Assembly: GCA_965216565.1 (NCBI GenBank)
Contig: OZ244170.1
Coordinates: forward strand, 3,936,001-4,000,000
Length of the DNA stretch: 64,000 nucleotides
Direction: 5' to 3'
From: Bythopirellula sp.
GTDB lineage: Bacteria; Planctomycetota; Planctomycetia; Pirellulales; Lacipirellulaceae
Positions within the stretch are counted from its first letter, which is position 1, and every line of letters starts with the position of its first letter. The position numbers were made by a program, and so were the translations under genes. The notes under the pieces were generated by a model. That model had not been told where the DNA came from. It worked only from the letters and a program-made list of their open reading frames with translations, and searched no databases. Below, piece by piece: positions 19,709-30,700 of this stretch.

Positions 19709-20689
19709 TCAGTGTGTCTTTTCTTGAATCACTCTTTTACTTTGCGATTGTCTTGAACGCGCGCCATTTTGCGAGCCATTTCCATTGTGGTAATGCACAA
19801 AATCATCATCGGCGCAGAGCAAATTAACGAACTGCTTGCCAATGTGATTGAGTAGGCGGTCGCGATGGTTGATGATTCCTAACGGTCGGACCATCGATTT
19901 ATCAGCTAAGGCAACAGTGACTAAGGCACCAGTCTGAACTTCTTTCTGTACGGTCGGCTCAGGCAAAATGCTAATGCCCGCCCCACCCTCAATATCGCGC
20001 TTAATCATTTCGATATTGTCGAATTCGTGGGTGATGTTTACGTCAACCTTGTTGACCATCAGTGCCCGATCAATTTCTGCGCGTATTCTTAGATCGACTT
20101 CGAACGTGACGAACGACTCACCTGCTAGGTCGGCAATCTCTACTTTTTCGCATTGGGAGAGTCGGTGCCCAGGGGGGCAGACAACGACCAGCGGTTCTGT
20201 GCGCCAATCCATGGCGGTGATGGTGCGAGATTCTTCGGGGTAGCTAATCAGGCCCAAGTCTACGGTCCCTTGCTCCACTGCCGCATAGACTTGGGCGGGA
20301 TGCATGTAATCAAGCGTTACCTGTGCACTAGGATAGGCCGCCTCGAACCGTCGCATGAAGGCACTCATGTGAGCAAGCCCTACAGAATAGATTGAGGCCA
20401 CTTTCAAGCTGCGCGCCGTTTCATCGTGCAGTGAGTGAATTTCGTCAGCCAGTTCCTGATGCTGCTTGACTAGTTGGAGGCAGCCCTCGAAATAGCGTTC
20501 TCCTTCGGGAGTAACCACAAAAGGTCGTTTCGTCCGATCGAGCAGTTGGACACCTAATCGATCTTCCAATTGTTGAACTGCTTGACTGGCGCTCGATTGC
20601 GAGATGCCGTTGTCGTCGGCTGCGCGAGAGAAACTGCGCCGCTGGACAACCTCGCAAAAGATTCGCATTGATCGCAAGTTGATATTCAT
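19709..20689 (-). CDS. LysR-family transcriptional regulator co-oriented upstream of gltBD
   Basis: N-terminal wHTH (SFSRAA...SQSSASQAVQQLEDRLGVQLLDR) plus LysR substrate-binding domain. Confidence 0.92.
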   Translation of the reverse strand: MNINLRSMRIFCEVVQRRSFSRAADDNGISQSSASQAVQQLEDRLGVQLLDRTKRPFVVTPEGERYFEGCLQLVKQHQELADEIHSLHDETARSLKVASIYSVGLAHMSAFMRRFEAAYPSAQVTLDYMHPAQVYAAVEQGTVDLGLISYPEESRTITAMDWRTEPLVVVCPPGHRLSQCEKVEIADLAGESFVTFEVDLRIRAEIDRALMVNKVDVNITHEFDNIEMIKRDIEGGAGISILPEPTVQKEVQTGALVTVALADKSMVRPLGIINHRDRLLNHIGKQFVNLLCADDDFVHYHNGNGSQNGARSRQSQSKRVIQEKTH

Positions 20690-20977
20690 TGAAACCTTCG
20701 TTGTGCAGTTCTGCGCGCAACTTCCAGCAGTTCAAACTCGTGTTGACCGATGGTGCGGGCGCACCGATCGCTCCCAAAATTGCCCGACTTCGCCGCTAAC
20801 GACGATTCGAGACTTAGAAGGCGTGACCTTCGATTCTGGCAGAATCTATTCCAGCGACGGCAGCTTTCGCGGAGAAGCTATCTAATTTGTGAGTGGCACC
20901 GTCTGATGGGCGAGCTTCCAGATGCTCGATTAAATATCCTAATATGAGGCGTGGCCAGAATCGAAAATCGAGATATT

Positions 20978-21006
20978 AGAATAGCCGGGCGCCTTACCAG
21001 TGTCAA
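20978..21006 (-). promoter_or_regulatory. Sigma70-type promoter for lysR-gltB-gltD
   Basis: Minus strand TTGACA-N17-TATTCT; an ATC-N9-GAT (T-N11-A) dyad at 20960-20974 overlaps the expected start site. Confidence 0.6.
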
Positions 21007-21056
21007 GCCGCTGGATAACTCGTCAAATACGCCTTAAACCATTGCCATTAATGGCT

Positions 21057-22259
21057 TTAACGCCTCAATTCAGGAAGTCGTTCAAAGGCGTAATTGTGAC
21101 CCCGATCCCGGATTACCTCTGCTGAGATAATGCGATCCGGCTTGGGTAAATAGCCGATACTGGGATCGCGACGCTTCAGAGCTGCGGCGTTTTCCATGCC
21201 CTCGATCACACGACCGAAGGCGGTATGTTTGCCGTCCAGATAGCTGGTAGGAACAAAGCATAAGAAGAATTGCGAACCGCCGGAGTTGGGAGCACCCGTT
21301 TTGGCCATGCTCAATGAACCGCGAAAGTGTTTGCGATGATTGGCCTTCGTGTGCTCGTCGCGAATCGTATATCCCGGTCCGCCACTGCCCGTGCCTTGCG
21401 GATCGCCACCTTGGGCCATAAACATGGGCAGTACGCGGTGGAAAGTAACGTCGTTGTAGTAGCCCTGTTTCACAAGGTTAATAAAGTTGGCAACCGATTC
21501 GGGCGCTTCGTTTTCGAACAGCTCTACGATAATGTCGCCCTGGCTAGTTACTAATTTCACCCGAGGAAGATCGTCATCCGCTGCCTCTTGTTTGCGAAGG
21601 GCCTGTTCCTTCTGCCATCGCAAACGAATTTTCGGCAACTCTTCTTTCCACATAGCCGCCTGTTGCTGCACGCGCGTGCTCGCTTGCTGCGATTGCTGTC
21701 GGGAGATGTTATCGAACAATCCTCGTTTTTGAGCTTCATTGAAATACTTTTCAGCCAGGTTGTACTGCTCCAAACAATAGGCGGAGACACCGCCCAGGAT
21801 CCAGAGATCTTCCCACTTCTCCCCTCCTCCCCCTTCCAAGAGTGCTTTGATAAGAGGAAGGGCACGTTCGTATTGATCTCCCCCATCTCCACGAGTGTCG
21901 CCGGTGACAAAGAATCTAGCCAATAGGACCAGTGTTTCATTGACCTTCGGGAACTGGTCTGGATTTGCCTTATAAGCGCTGAGCCCGGCCGAGACGATCT
22001 GTTCCAGCAGAGCCTCGTTTTGCTTGCGGACTTGGTCGATTTGTTGCTTGACTTCGCCCTGGGCATCGCCGGAGTCGGCCTTTTGCTTGTACAGCGATTG
22101 CAGCTTCTCGGTCGAGTTCCGCCACTCAACGAGAGCTCGGTCGAAGTTTTGCTTGGCATCAGCCGCGGAATCGGCTGCCGGCGCGGCCGCCGTTTCTTGG
22201 GCTTGAGAGTCAACGACGAAGAACGCTGACAAAAGAATGAATAAACAAATGCGTTGCAT
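21057..22259 (-). CDS. Exported cyclophilin-type peptidyl-prolyl isomerase with helical/TPR-like N-terminal region
   Basis: Signal peptide MQRICLF...SQA; FHRVLPMFMAQGGDP, GSQFF, YLDGKHTAFGRV. Confidence 0.9.
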   Translation of the reverse strand: MQRICLFILLSAFFVVDSQAQETAAAPAADSAADAKQNFDRALVEWRNSTEKLQSLYKQKADSGDAQGEVKQQIDQVRKQNEALLEQIVSAGLSAYKANPDQFPKVNETLVLLARFFVTGDTRGDGGDQYERALPLIKALLEGGGGEKWEDLWILGGVSAYCLEQYNLAEKYFNEAQKRGLFDNISRQQSQQASTRVQQQAAMWKEELPKIRLRWQKEQALRKQEAADDDLPRVKLVTSQGDIIVELFENEAPESVANFINLVKQGYYNDVTFHRVLPMFMAQGGDPQGTGSGGPGYTIRDEHTKANHRKHFRGSLSMAKTGAPNSGGSQFFLCFVPTSYLDGKHTAFGRVIEGMENAAALKRRDPSIGYLPKPDRIISAEVIRDRGHNYAFERLPELRR

Positions 22260-22327
22260 GGGATGTCGCCTGAATGTATTTCGGGTCACAATGGGTGATT
22301 GAAAGTCATCCAACATAGCAGAGTCCC

Positions 22328-23020
22328 ATGCCCAAGCGAAGACGCCTCCAAACTGAAGCCATTGATAGCACCGACTTGCGGATTATTGGCGGTGTGTTTC
22401 GAGGAAGTAAGCTCACCTACGGTGCCTTTCAGCAAGGGGGCAGCCAAGTCACGCGCCCTATGAAGCATCGCGTGCGTGAAGCGATGTTCAACTTGGTGAG
22501 TACCGAGTGCAAAGGTCGGCATGCGATCGACCTATTTGCCGGCACGGGTGCATTGGGTTTGGAAGCGCTCAGCCGCGGAGCGGTGAGTGCCACCTTTATC
22601 GAGAAGCATATCCCCACGGCGAGAGTTGTGCAGGAGAATATATCGGCATTGCGTGTCGACGATCGCTGTCAGCTTCTGACGACAAGTGCATTCTTGTGGT
22701 CGAAGCGAGATTTGCCGAAGACCGACGGTAAGGTGGCAAAGACGGAAGGACCGAGCTACTTTGCTCCCCCTCCCCTCGACTTGCCCTGGCTGGTGTTTTG
22801 TAGTCCGCCCTATGCGTTTTACATTGATCGCCAGCAGGAAACATTGGAACTAATTGCTGCGATCATGAAGTACGCTCCGGAAGGGAGCATTTTTCTAGTC
22901 GAGGCCGACGAAAGATTCGACTTTCAGTTGTTGCCCGGTCAGGTTGCTCTTGAACGGGGCGATCCAGGCTGGGATGTTCGCACGTATCCACCCGCGGTGG
23001 TCGGCGTGCTGCGTGGTTGA
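22328..23020 (+). CDS. rsmD: RsmD-family 16S rRNA methyltransferase
   Basis: LRIIGG, RPM..RVREAMFN, DLFAGTGALGLEALSRG, SPPY. Confidence 0.85.
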   Translation: MPKRRRLQTEAIDSTDLRIIGGVFRGSKLTYGAFQQGGSQVTRPMKHRVREAMFNLVSTECKGRHAIDLFAGTGALGLEALSRGAVSATFIEKHIPTARVVQENISALRVDDRCQLLTTSAFLWSKRDLPKTDGKVAKTEGPSYFAPPPLDLPWLVFCSPPYAFYIDRQQETLELIAAIMKYAPEGSIFLVEADERFDFQLLPGQVALERGDPGWDVRTYPPAVVGVLRG

Positions 23021-23033
23021 GCAGAGCCAGTTC

Positions 23034-23918
23034 TCATAGACTCTCTAGATACGCCGCGGTCTCGCGGTGCAGTTTCAGCACGGCTTGCTTTACTTTTGCA
23101 AATTCCGCGCGTTGTTTTATTGCGTCGACCACTGGTTGCCAAAGGTGCTCGGGCAAACTGGCATTGGTGGCGAGACTTTCAATTCGGTTGGCGGTCTTGT
23201 TCAGCACATCGCTGTCGGCTGTGTAATCTAGCAGAATTGCATGCGTGACAATCGCAAGTTGGCAAAGTGCTTCATGCTGAGGAGAATGCGACCTGCCAAC
23301 TTCTTCTGCGAGGCGGGTGCCGTCGGCTCCTCTTAAGACTTCCAAAGCAATAGGCAACGGCTCCCCGATGCCGGCAGGAATCTCAGGTAATGCAACGTCG
23401 AGCTCGTCGGCGGCTTGCTCGGCTTTTGTCATTACACCAGCGTAACGGTCGCTACCGTAGCCTTTGCCATAGATACCAATGGCCAAGCTCCATTTGCTGC
23501 CCAGTTGCCAAGGCATTGCTAAGGGGACTATCGATGGCATTTCCGCTGGATCTGTCTCTGTCTCCTCTTCTAGCCAGTCCAACTCCGCAGCGGGAGCTGG
23601 TTTGGCAGGGCTGACTAAGTTTTGCTCGGACTCCGATTCGTTCCAAACCGGTTCGGGCAATTCAGCTTCGGGCCTGTCGAATGGTGCAGATTTGGGGGCT
23701 TCACTTTCGATTGTTGGGGTAGTTGAATCATATCGACCCGTTTCCCCGAAACTGCTGCCCTGAGTTGGCTCAGTCGCTGGTTTGCTTGAACTTACAAACA
23801 CAGCGGGAGTTTGCGGTGGCGCTTCGGTGCTGGGATCGAAGTGGACCTCTTGCCAGCAGCCAATCAGGGTTGGGGCCAAGATCAATATCAAAGCTATCTT
23901 CGTATAGGCATTCATCAC
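23034..23918 (-). CDS. Hypothetical lipoprotein
   Basis: Lipobox LIGC after a hydrophobic leader; Pro/Glu-rich linker, then a helical domain. Confidence 0.7.
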   Translation of the reverse strand: MMNAYTKIALILILAPTLIGCWQEVHFDPSTEAPPQTPAVFVSSSKPATEPTQGSSFGETGRYDSTTPTIESEAPKSAPFDRPEAELPEPVWNESESEQNLVSPAKPAPAAELDWLEEETETDPAEMPSIVPLAMPWQLGSKWSLAIGIYGKGYGSDRYAGVMTKAEQAADELDVALPEIPAGIGEPLPIALEVLRGADGTRLAEEVGRSHSPQHEALCQLAIVTHAILLDYTADSDVLNKTANRIESLATNASLPEHLWQPVVDAIKQRAEFAKVKQAVLKLHRETAAYLESL

Positions 23919-24079
23919 AATTAAATATAGCCGACAAATCCATAGGGAGTGCAGATTCGTGGATCGGGAAGCGATCTTCCACAGCAGAACTGTAAGGAAC
24001 GACAGCTAAAATTTCGGTTATTGACGCGCATGCGCATTGCTCTGGTCGAACGGGGTCAGGTTCGCGTAACCTGGGCAAT

Positions 24080-25756
24080 ATGGACGAGGCTTCTCAGGAT
24101 CAAGAGAGTTGGCTTTCCAGAATGGTGAAGCCTAGGAATTCGATCACCCCTGCGCTGGTCGGCAGTATTCTTTGTTGGTTGGCGCTTCCACCGGTGGGCT
24201 GGAGTTACCTGGCTTGGGTGGGGCCCATACCGTGGCTGTTGTTGATTGTTCAGCCTCTACTGCCTGGTCGCCGGCCTTATAGGGCCCTTTGGCTGGGAGG
24301 CATCGTTTATTGGCTTCTGGCAGCTCACTGGATTCGGTTGCCGCACCCGGCCAACTACATCGCTTGGGTGGCGCTTGCCGCGTATTTGGGAATGTACCTG
24401 CCCGCGTTCGTCGCCCTGTCTCGCGTAGGTGTGCATCGCTTGCGAATGCCCTTGGTATTAGTGGCCCCCGTGGTGTGGGTCGGGCTCGACTGGTTGCGCG
24501 GCTGGCTCTTGACCGGCTTTTCGATGTGCTCGCTTTGCCATTCGCAAGCGATCCATCCATGGGTCATTCAGATTGCCGATCTCGGTGGCGAATATTTGGT
24601 GACGTTTGTCTTAGTGCTGGTCGCAGCATGCCTCACATCTCTAATAGGTGAGCTTTTCTCGGATTCAGAGGCACGAAGACCGATGACGCGGATGCTTGTT
24701 GCACCACTACTTGCGATCACGGTACTTTGCGGGACAGCTTTCTACCACTCCCTCCGACTGACCGAACTCGCTGTACAGAAACGGGGTGAGCATGGAAGTG
24801 CCAGGATTGCACTTATCCAAGGAAATACGCTCGCCGACTGGAAAAGTGATCCCGCCAAACAGCAACAGATTATGGACGAGTATATTGGTCTTTCGGTTGA
24901 GGCTGCGAGTAAGCACGCTGAAGTCGACCTGGTGATTTGGCCGGAAACGGCTTTTCGCCAGTCGCTACTCACGGTTGAGTCAGGCTATTCACCTCCTGTG
25001 GAATTGGTACCGCCCCCGCACTTGGAGGCTTCCACCAACTATCTAAAACTCTTAGTCGAACGGCTCGAAGCAGCGGTGTTTGTGGGTATCGACCGAATTC
25101 ACATTCTTCCGGGTGATGAAGAATCCCCGAGCTTTCTTGGTCATAATTCGTCGGTGATGATCGACAAAGATGGCAACCGCGTAGGCACCTACGACAAGAT
25201 GCACCTGGTGCCCTTCGGGGAATACATCCCACTTGCAAACTGGATTCCGCTGCTCTACCGCATAACGCCAGTGACTGGTGGGGCTCAGCCCGGGGCGGCG
25301 CCTGCAGGGTTGCTGATGGACGATGTGCTTTACGTGCCCAATATTTGCTATGAGTCTGCTGTGCCGCGGCTGATTCGGCGGCAAGTGAATGCGGTTGCAG
25401 CCGAATTCGAGAGGCGGCCCGACGTGCTGGTGAACCTGACCAACGACGCCTGGTACTGGGGCTCGAGCCAGCTCGATTTGCATTTGGCGTGTAGTGTGTT
25501 TCGAGCCGTTGAAATGCGCATTCCCCACGTGATTGCCGCTAACGGTGGATTATCCGCACACATCGATTCATTCGGTACGGTGCAGCAGGTTAGCGAGCGG
25601 CAAACACCCACTTACCTTGTAGCCGATGTGCAGGTGAGAGATCGGGCGGCGACCTTTTATAACCGCTGGGGCGACTGGTTGGCGATTCCCTGTGTGTTAT
25701 GCTGTGTAGTTTTGGCGGTATACGGAAAAGGCTTTCACCGCAGCACAAAACGCTGA
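24080..25756 (+). CDS. lnt: Apolipoprotein N-acyltransferase
   Basis: N-terminal TM helices; nitrilase-fold triad motifs WPE, YDKMHLVPFGEY, ICYE; TNDAW. Confidence 0.93.
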   Translation: MDEASQDQESWLSRMVKPRNSITPALVGSILCWLALPPVGWSYLAWVGPIPWLLLIVQPLLPGRRPYRALWLGGIVYWLLAAHWIRLPHPANYIAWVALAAYLGMYLPAFVALSRVGVHRLRMPLVLVAPVVWVGLDWLRGWLLTGFSMCSLCHSQAIHPWVIQIADLGGEYLVTFVLVLVAACLTSLIGELFSDSEARRPMTRMLVAPLLAITVLCGTAFYHSLRLTELAVQKRGEHGSARIALIQGNTLADWKSDPAKQQQIMDEYIGLSVEAASKHAEVDLVIWPETAFRQSLLTVESGYSPPVELVPPPHLEASTNYLKLLVERLEAAVFVGIDRIHILPGDEESPSFLGHNSSVMIDKDGNRVGTYDKMHLVPFGEYIPLANWIPLLYRITPVTGGAQPGAAPAGLLMDDVLYVPNICYESAVPRLIRRQVNAVAAEFERRPDVLVNLTNDAWYWGSSQLDLHLACSVFRAVEMRIPHVIAANGGLSAHIDSFGTVQQVSERQTPTYLVADVQVRDRAATFYNRWGDWLAIPCVLCCVVLAVYGKGFHRSTKR

Positions 25757-25789
25757 CACTCCCGGTCGCAGCAAGGTTAGCTATCCCCT

Positions 25790-27562
25790 ATGGCAGTCGT
25801 TCTGCAACTACAAGATGCCCACAAACGCTACGGCGAGCAGCTTCTACTCGACGGCGCAAGCTGTGCGCTAGCGGACGATCAGAAGGTGGGGCTCATTGGT
25901 CGCAATGGGGCGGGCAAGAGTACGCTGTGTCAGGTGCTGCTGGGGAACGAAGAGCTCGATGCTGGAGAGGTAGTCCGCAGCAAGAAGCTTCGGCTCGGTT
26001 ACCTGCGTCAACACGACCCGTTTCAGGAAGGCGAAACGGTGATCGGCTTTTTGCAGCGTGATAGCGGTCAGCCTGAGTGGCGTTGTGGCGAGGTGGCCTG
26101 GCAGTTTCAAATTCCCGATGCCATGCTCGATCAGCTAGTGCGGGAGCTTTCTGGCGGCTGGCAAACACGTGTGAAACTTGCGGCATTGCTGCTGCACGAT
26201 CCGAATCTTCTCATTCTCGACGAGCCGACCAACTTCCTCGATCTGAGAACCCAGATGCTGTTGGAAGAGTTTCTCCGAGAGTTTCGCAGCGGGTGTCTGA
26301 TCGTATCGCACGATCGTTCGTTCTTGGAACGTACCTGCACGCATACGCTGGAGATCTCGCGGGGCCAATTGACGATGTTTCCCGGCGGAGTTGATCGCTA
26401 TTTGGAGAATCTAGCCGAGCGTCGCGAGCACGATTTGCGCGTGAATGCCGCTACGCTCACGAAGCGCAAGCAGCTTGAGACGTTTATCAATAAGAATCGT
26501 GCCAATGCCAACACGGCGGCTCAAGCTCGTAACAAGGCCAAACAACTCGAACGGCTCGAGCTGATCGAAGTTCAAGGTCAAGAAGCTTCGGTAGGTTTTA
26601 GCTTCCCCAAGGTGGAGCCCCGCCAAGGGACGGCTTTGCGGACCGAGCAGTTGGTGATCGGTTATCCCGACCATCGCGTTGCCGAGAGCGCTCAGGTCGA
26701 GGTGGAGCATGGCTCGCGCGTCGGTGTGGTGGGTGACAACGGCCAAGGTAAAACGACCTTCCTCCGGACAGTATGCGGTTCGCTCGACCCCTTGGACGGA
26801 CGATTGAAATGGGGCTATGGCTGCCAGGTAGGCGTCTATGCACAACACGTGTATACCACCTTACCCGAACGCGATACGGTCGAGGAGTATCTGCAGCATC
26901 AGGCAGCACCGGGAACAACAATCCAGCAACTCAAGGACGTGGCGGGCAGTTTTTTGTTCAGTGGCGATACGGTGACCAAGAAGATTCGTGTGCTCAGCGG
27001 TGGGGAACGTGCCCGGCTGGTGCTCGCGGGACTGTTGCTCGAACAGCACAATGTTTTGATTCTTGACGAGCCAGGAAACCATCTAGACGTAGAAACAGTG
27101 GAAGCTCTGGCTGATGCCCTCTGCCGGTATGAAGGGACAGTGATATTCACCAGTCACGATCGCCACTTTATGCATCGCGTGGCCACTGCCGTGATTGAGG
27201 TGCGCGATGGCCGCGTGGCCAGTTACCCATCCAGCTACGACGACTATGTGTACCGTGTGCAGAAGGAACTGGAGGACGGCCTGCGGAGCGAACATACTGT
27301 GCGCGGCAGCGAAGCCAAGGAAGCCACAGGCTCGCGCAAGCTGGGCGGTCGGGAAGAGCGAGAATTGCAAAAGCGACTAAAATCGCTGGAGCGTAAGATT
27401 GCCAAACTCGACGAGCAGAAGAACGAACTTCAGCAGGAGTTGCTCACCGTCACCGAAGCTGCCGCGGCCCAAAAGCTCCACGAGGAGATGTCTTCTTTGA
27501 CACCGCAGGTCGAGGAACTGGAAGAGGAGTGGCTTGAAGTCTACAACGAACTGGAATCGTAA
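25790..27562 (+). CDS. ABC-F family ATPase
   Basis: Two NBDs (GRNGAGKST/LSGGW/LDEPTN and GDNGQGKTT/LSGGE/LDEPGN), no TM segments, C-terminal coiled coil. Confidence 0.93.
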   Translation: MAVVLQLQDAHKRYGEQLLLDGASCALADDQKVGLIGRNGAGKSTLCQVLLGNEELDAGEVVRSKKLRLGYLRQHDPFQEGETVIGFLQRDSGQPEWRCGEVAWQFQIPDAMLDQLVRELSGGWQTRVKLAALLLHDPNLLILDEPTNFLDLRTQMLLEEFLREFRSGCLIVSHDRSFLERTCTHTLEISRGQLTMFPGGVDRYLENLAERREHDLRVNAATLTKRKQLETFINKNRANANTAAQARNKAKQLERLELIEVQGQEASVGFSFPKVEPRQGTALRTEQLVIGYPDHRVAESAQVEVEHGSRVGVVGDNGQGKTTFLRTVCGSLDPLDGRLKWGYGCQVGVYAQHVYTTLPERDTVEEYLQHQAAPGTTIQQLKDVAGSFLFSGDTVTKKIRVLSGGERARLVLAGLLLEQHNVLILDEPGNHLDVETVEALADALCRYEGTVIFTSHDRHFMHRVATAVIEVRDGRVASYPSSYDDYVYRVQKELEDGLRSEHTVRGSEAKEATGSRKLGGREERELQKRLKSLERKIAKLDEQKNELQQELLTVTEAAAAQKLHEEMSSLTPQVEELEEEWLEVYNELES

Positions 27563-27749
27563 GGCCGGCTAGGAGATACACTCCGGCAATCCGTTGAGTC
27601 ACAGCTAGCGCCTGAATGAAGGTACTATCCCTTTCTACCGGTACAGTCCCACCCTCTCCGTGGTCAATACCATAGGCTCTGGAGCGTGTCGAAACTACGG
27701 CGTGACGTAGGTTTTAGCAGTGTTTTCCCCATTTGCTGGAGCTACCCCG

Positions 27750-30700
27750 ATGCCCCGATTTCTGCTGCGACTACCCACTGTCTTGATTGTGCTGGTGGGC
27801 TGCTGTGCTTCGTTACAAATTCAAGCCGCAACGACCAACGTAACATTTACGGTCTCCTCCAATACGGATGATGCGTCTCAAGATTCCGGCGGGACTATGT
27901 ATGTTTCGTCTGTTAATTCTTATATGAGTCGATTCTGCGGATATCGCTTTCAGAATGTGACTATTCCGGCTGGTGCTACGATCACTAGCGCCACCTTGCA
28001 GGTATATGCTTACGGGGGGGGAACCACTAGTTTCTCAGTAGACCTCTTGGCCCAAGATGCGGACAATCCTTCTACATTCACTTCGAGCGGCAGTAACATC
28101 AGTGGTCGTACTGGTACTTCTGCCCAAACGGTATGGTCAGTCGGTTCAAGCTCATTTACAGATGGGCAATCCATTACTTCGCCCGACTTTGCCTCGTCCA
28201 TTCAGGAAGTAGTCGACAGAAGTGGCTGGGCGTCGGGGAATGCGCTAGTCGTATTGACGACGCACAATTCTGGTGATAAAGGCATCTCTCAGCGTGATCG
28301 AAGCACGTCCTACGCTCCCAAGTTGCACATTACCTACTCAACAGGTGGATCGACCTTCTACGTTCGCACCGATGGAGACGATTCGAATACTGGAACTGGC
28401 GATTCTACTTCAGAAGCATGGCAAACCATCGACAGAGCGCTGACAAGTTCTTCTGTGGGCGAAGGCGCTATCATTTACGTTAGGAGCGGAACCTACAACG
28501 AAGAAATAGCCCCAACAAGAGATGGCACTTCCAGCTCACCGATTCAGGTAATTGCGGACCGAGATGGCTCGATCTTCGGAGGTATAGGTGGCAACGTTGT
28601 TATTCAAGCGCCAAGTGGCACGAGTGCGTTTGACCTGGAGTTTGACGACTACATTAGATTCACCGGATTGACGCTACAAGGTAACGGTACAGACACTGTT
28701 TTTCTTTCGGATTGCGCCGGTGTGGTATTCAATTCATGCGAGGTTTCCAGTGGCACTGATGGTTTTAACATCGCTGGAAGTAGTACCGTGACACTGAGTA
28801 ATTGTCTAATTCGCAGCAACTCAGCAGATGGAATTGGCCTCCATGGAGGTACAACAACCGTTTACAACTGTACAGTTGTTGCTAACGGAGACGACGGCAT
28901 CGACGCAGGTAACAACAATGCCACGGTGGTCAATTCCATCATTGCAAACAACGGAGACTATGGTTTCTCTCGACAATCGGATGGCGATGGGACATTCTCC
29001 AATTTCTACAACTTGCTCCACAACAACACGAGCGGTAACTATAACGGTGCCTCGACTGGCGTCGGAGAGATTTCGTCCGACCCCTTGTTTGTAGGAGGTA
29101 GTGACTATCACTTGCAGAGTGGTTCACCAGCCATCGATGCAGGGGCAGATCTCAGTGGCACCGTTGATAACGATATGGATGGCAATGCCCGTCCCAACGG
29201 ATCGAGCCACGATATGGGGGCCTACGAAAACACGCCGTCCACGGACTACTACGTGCGATCCGATGGCAGTGATAGTAATTCAGGAACAGGCCCCACGGCG
29301 GGGGAAGCTTGGGCGACAGTCGAACATGCAGCCGAGCAGTCGATAGCAGCGGGATCCATTGTTCATGTCCAAGCGGGGACCTATGCTGGCGCTATCTCGG
29401 CAGGTGTGAGTGGGAACTCGGGGAGCCCGATCCAATTTATCGCCGATCGCTCCGGCACGGTGACCGGGTGGCCATCGGGAGAAGTCTACTTGCAATCGAG
29501 TTCTGGGAACAAGGTAGTGGATATTGATGGTGAGGACTACTTGGAGTTTTACGGCTTCACTTTCGACGGTGAACCTGGAGACAGGGCAATCGCCATCGAC
29601 GATAGCCAAGGGATCGTCATCAGCCACTGTGAGATTTACGGGGGTAACCGAGGAATCGAGATCGATAACGACGCCGAGGTGACGGTCCTCAACTGCCTGA
29701 TTCATAACAATAATCGGGGAATCGAAGTTATCGATGGTACGGCTGACATTTGGAACTGTACCATCGCAGACAATACAGTCGATGGTTTTGAGCTTGAAGA
29801 TGGTACGGCAACAGTCACCAACTGTATCATTGCCAACAATGGTAATGCTGGAATCGACTACAATAACGGTACATTCACACACACCTACAACCTGGTTTTT
29901 GGGAATTCGCCCGATTATGAAGGAACGAGTGCTTCGACGGGAGAAACTTCCGTAGATCCGGAATTCGTTGCTTCCGACAACTACCGCATTGGTGAGAATT
30001 CACCAGCCATCGACGCAGGCACAAACGCATCTGGAACGATAGACGATGATCTGGCAGGAACTGCTCGCCCTATCAACGGCCTTTGGGATATGGGTTGTTA
30101 TGAAGGCCCTGGGTTGATTGGTCATTGGATACTTAATGAAACCACTGGGACGAATGCGACCGATTCCTCACCATTTGGACAGGATGGCACCTACACGAAT
30201 GGAGTCACTCTCAATACGGCTGGACCGTATCCAGGAGACGCAGCGATTGCAGCGGCATTTGATGGAAGCAACGACCGTGTAACGCTACCAAGTGCCACGC
30301 ATGATTTTTCGAACGGGATCACGCTCGCCGCCTGGGTGAAGCCCTCTGCGACCCCCAGTCCGTATGCGTCCATTGTTGCCTTTGGCAACGGCTCGACAGT
30401 TGACGACATCTGGTTCGGTTGGCAGCCAGGATACGGCTTAGAAATTTTTCTAACAGATACAGTAAGTGGCGCTTCGAACACATTTGCCGCCGACTACATA
30501 GAGATGCAAGTTGATGTGTGGGAGCATTGTGTGGTGACGATCGACGCAGCTGGCGACGCAAAGCTTTACCGAAATGGCGTCGAAACTGCCAGCAAGAACG
30601 TTAGTCTACCAACAAATGTTACGCGAACACAAAACTTCATAGGACATTCCGCGTTTGGCGACCCTTTTCCTGGAATCCTGTTCGACGTTCGGATGTACAA

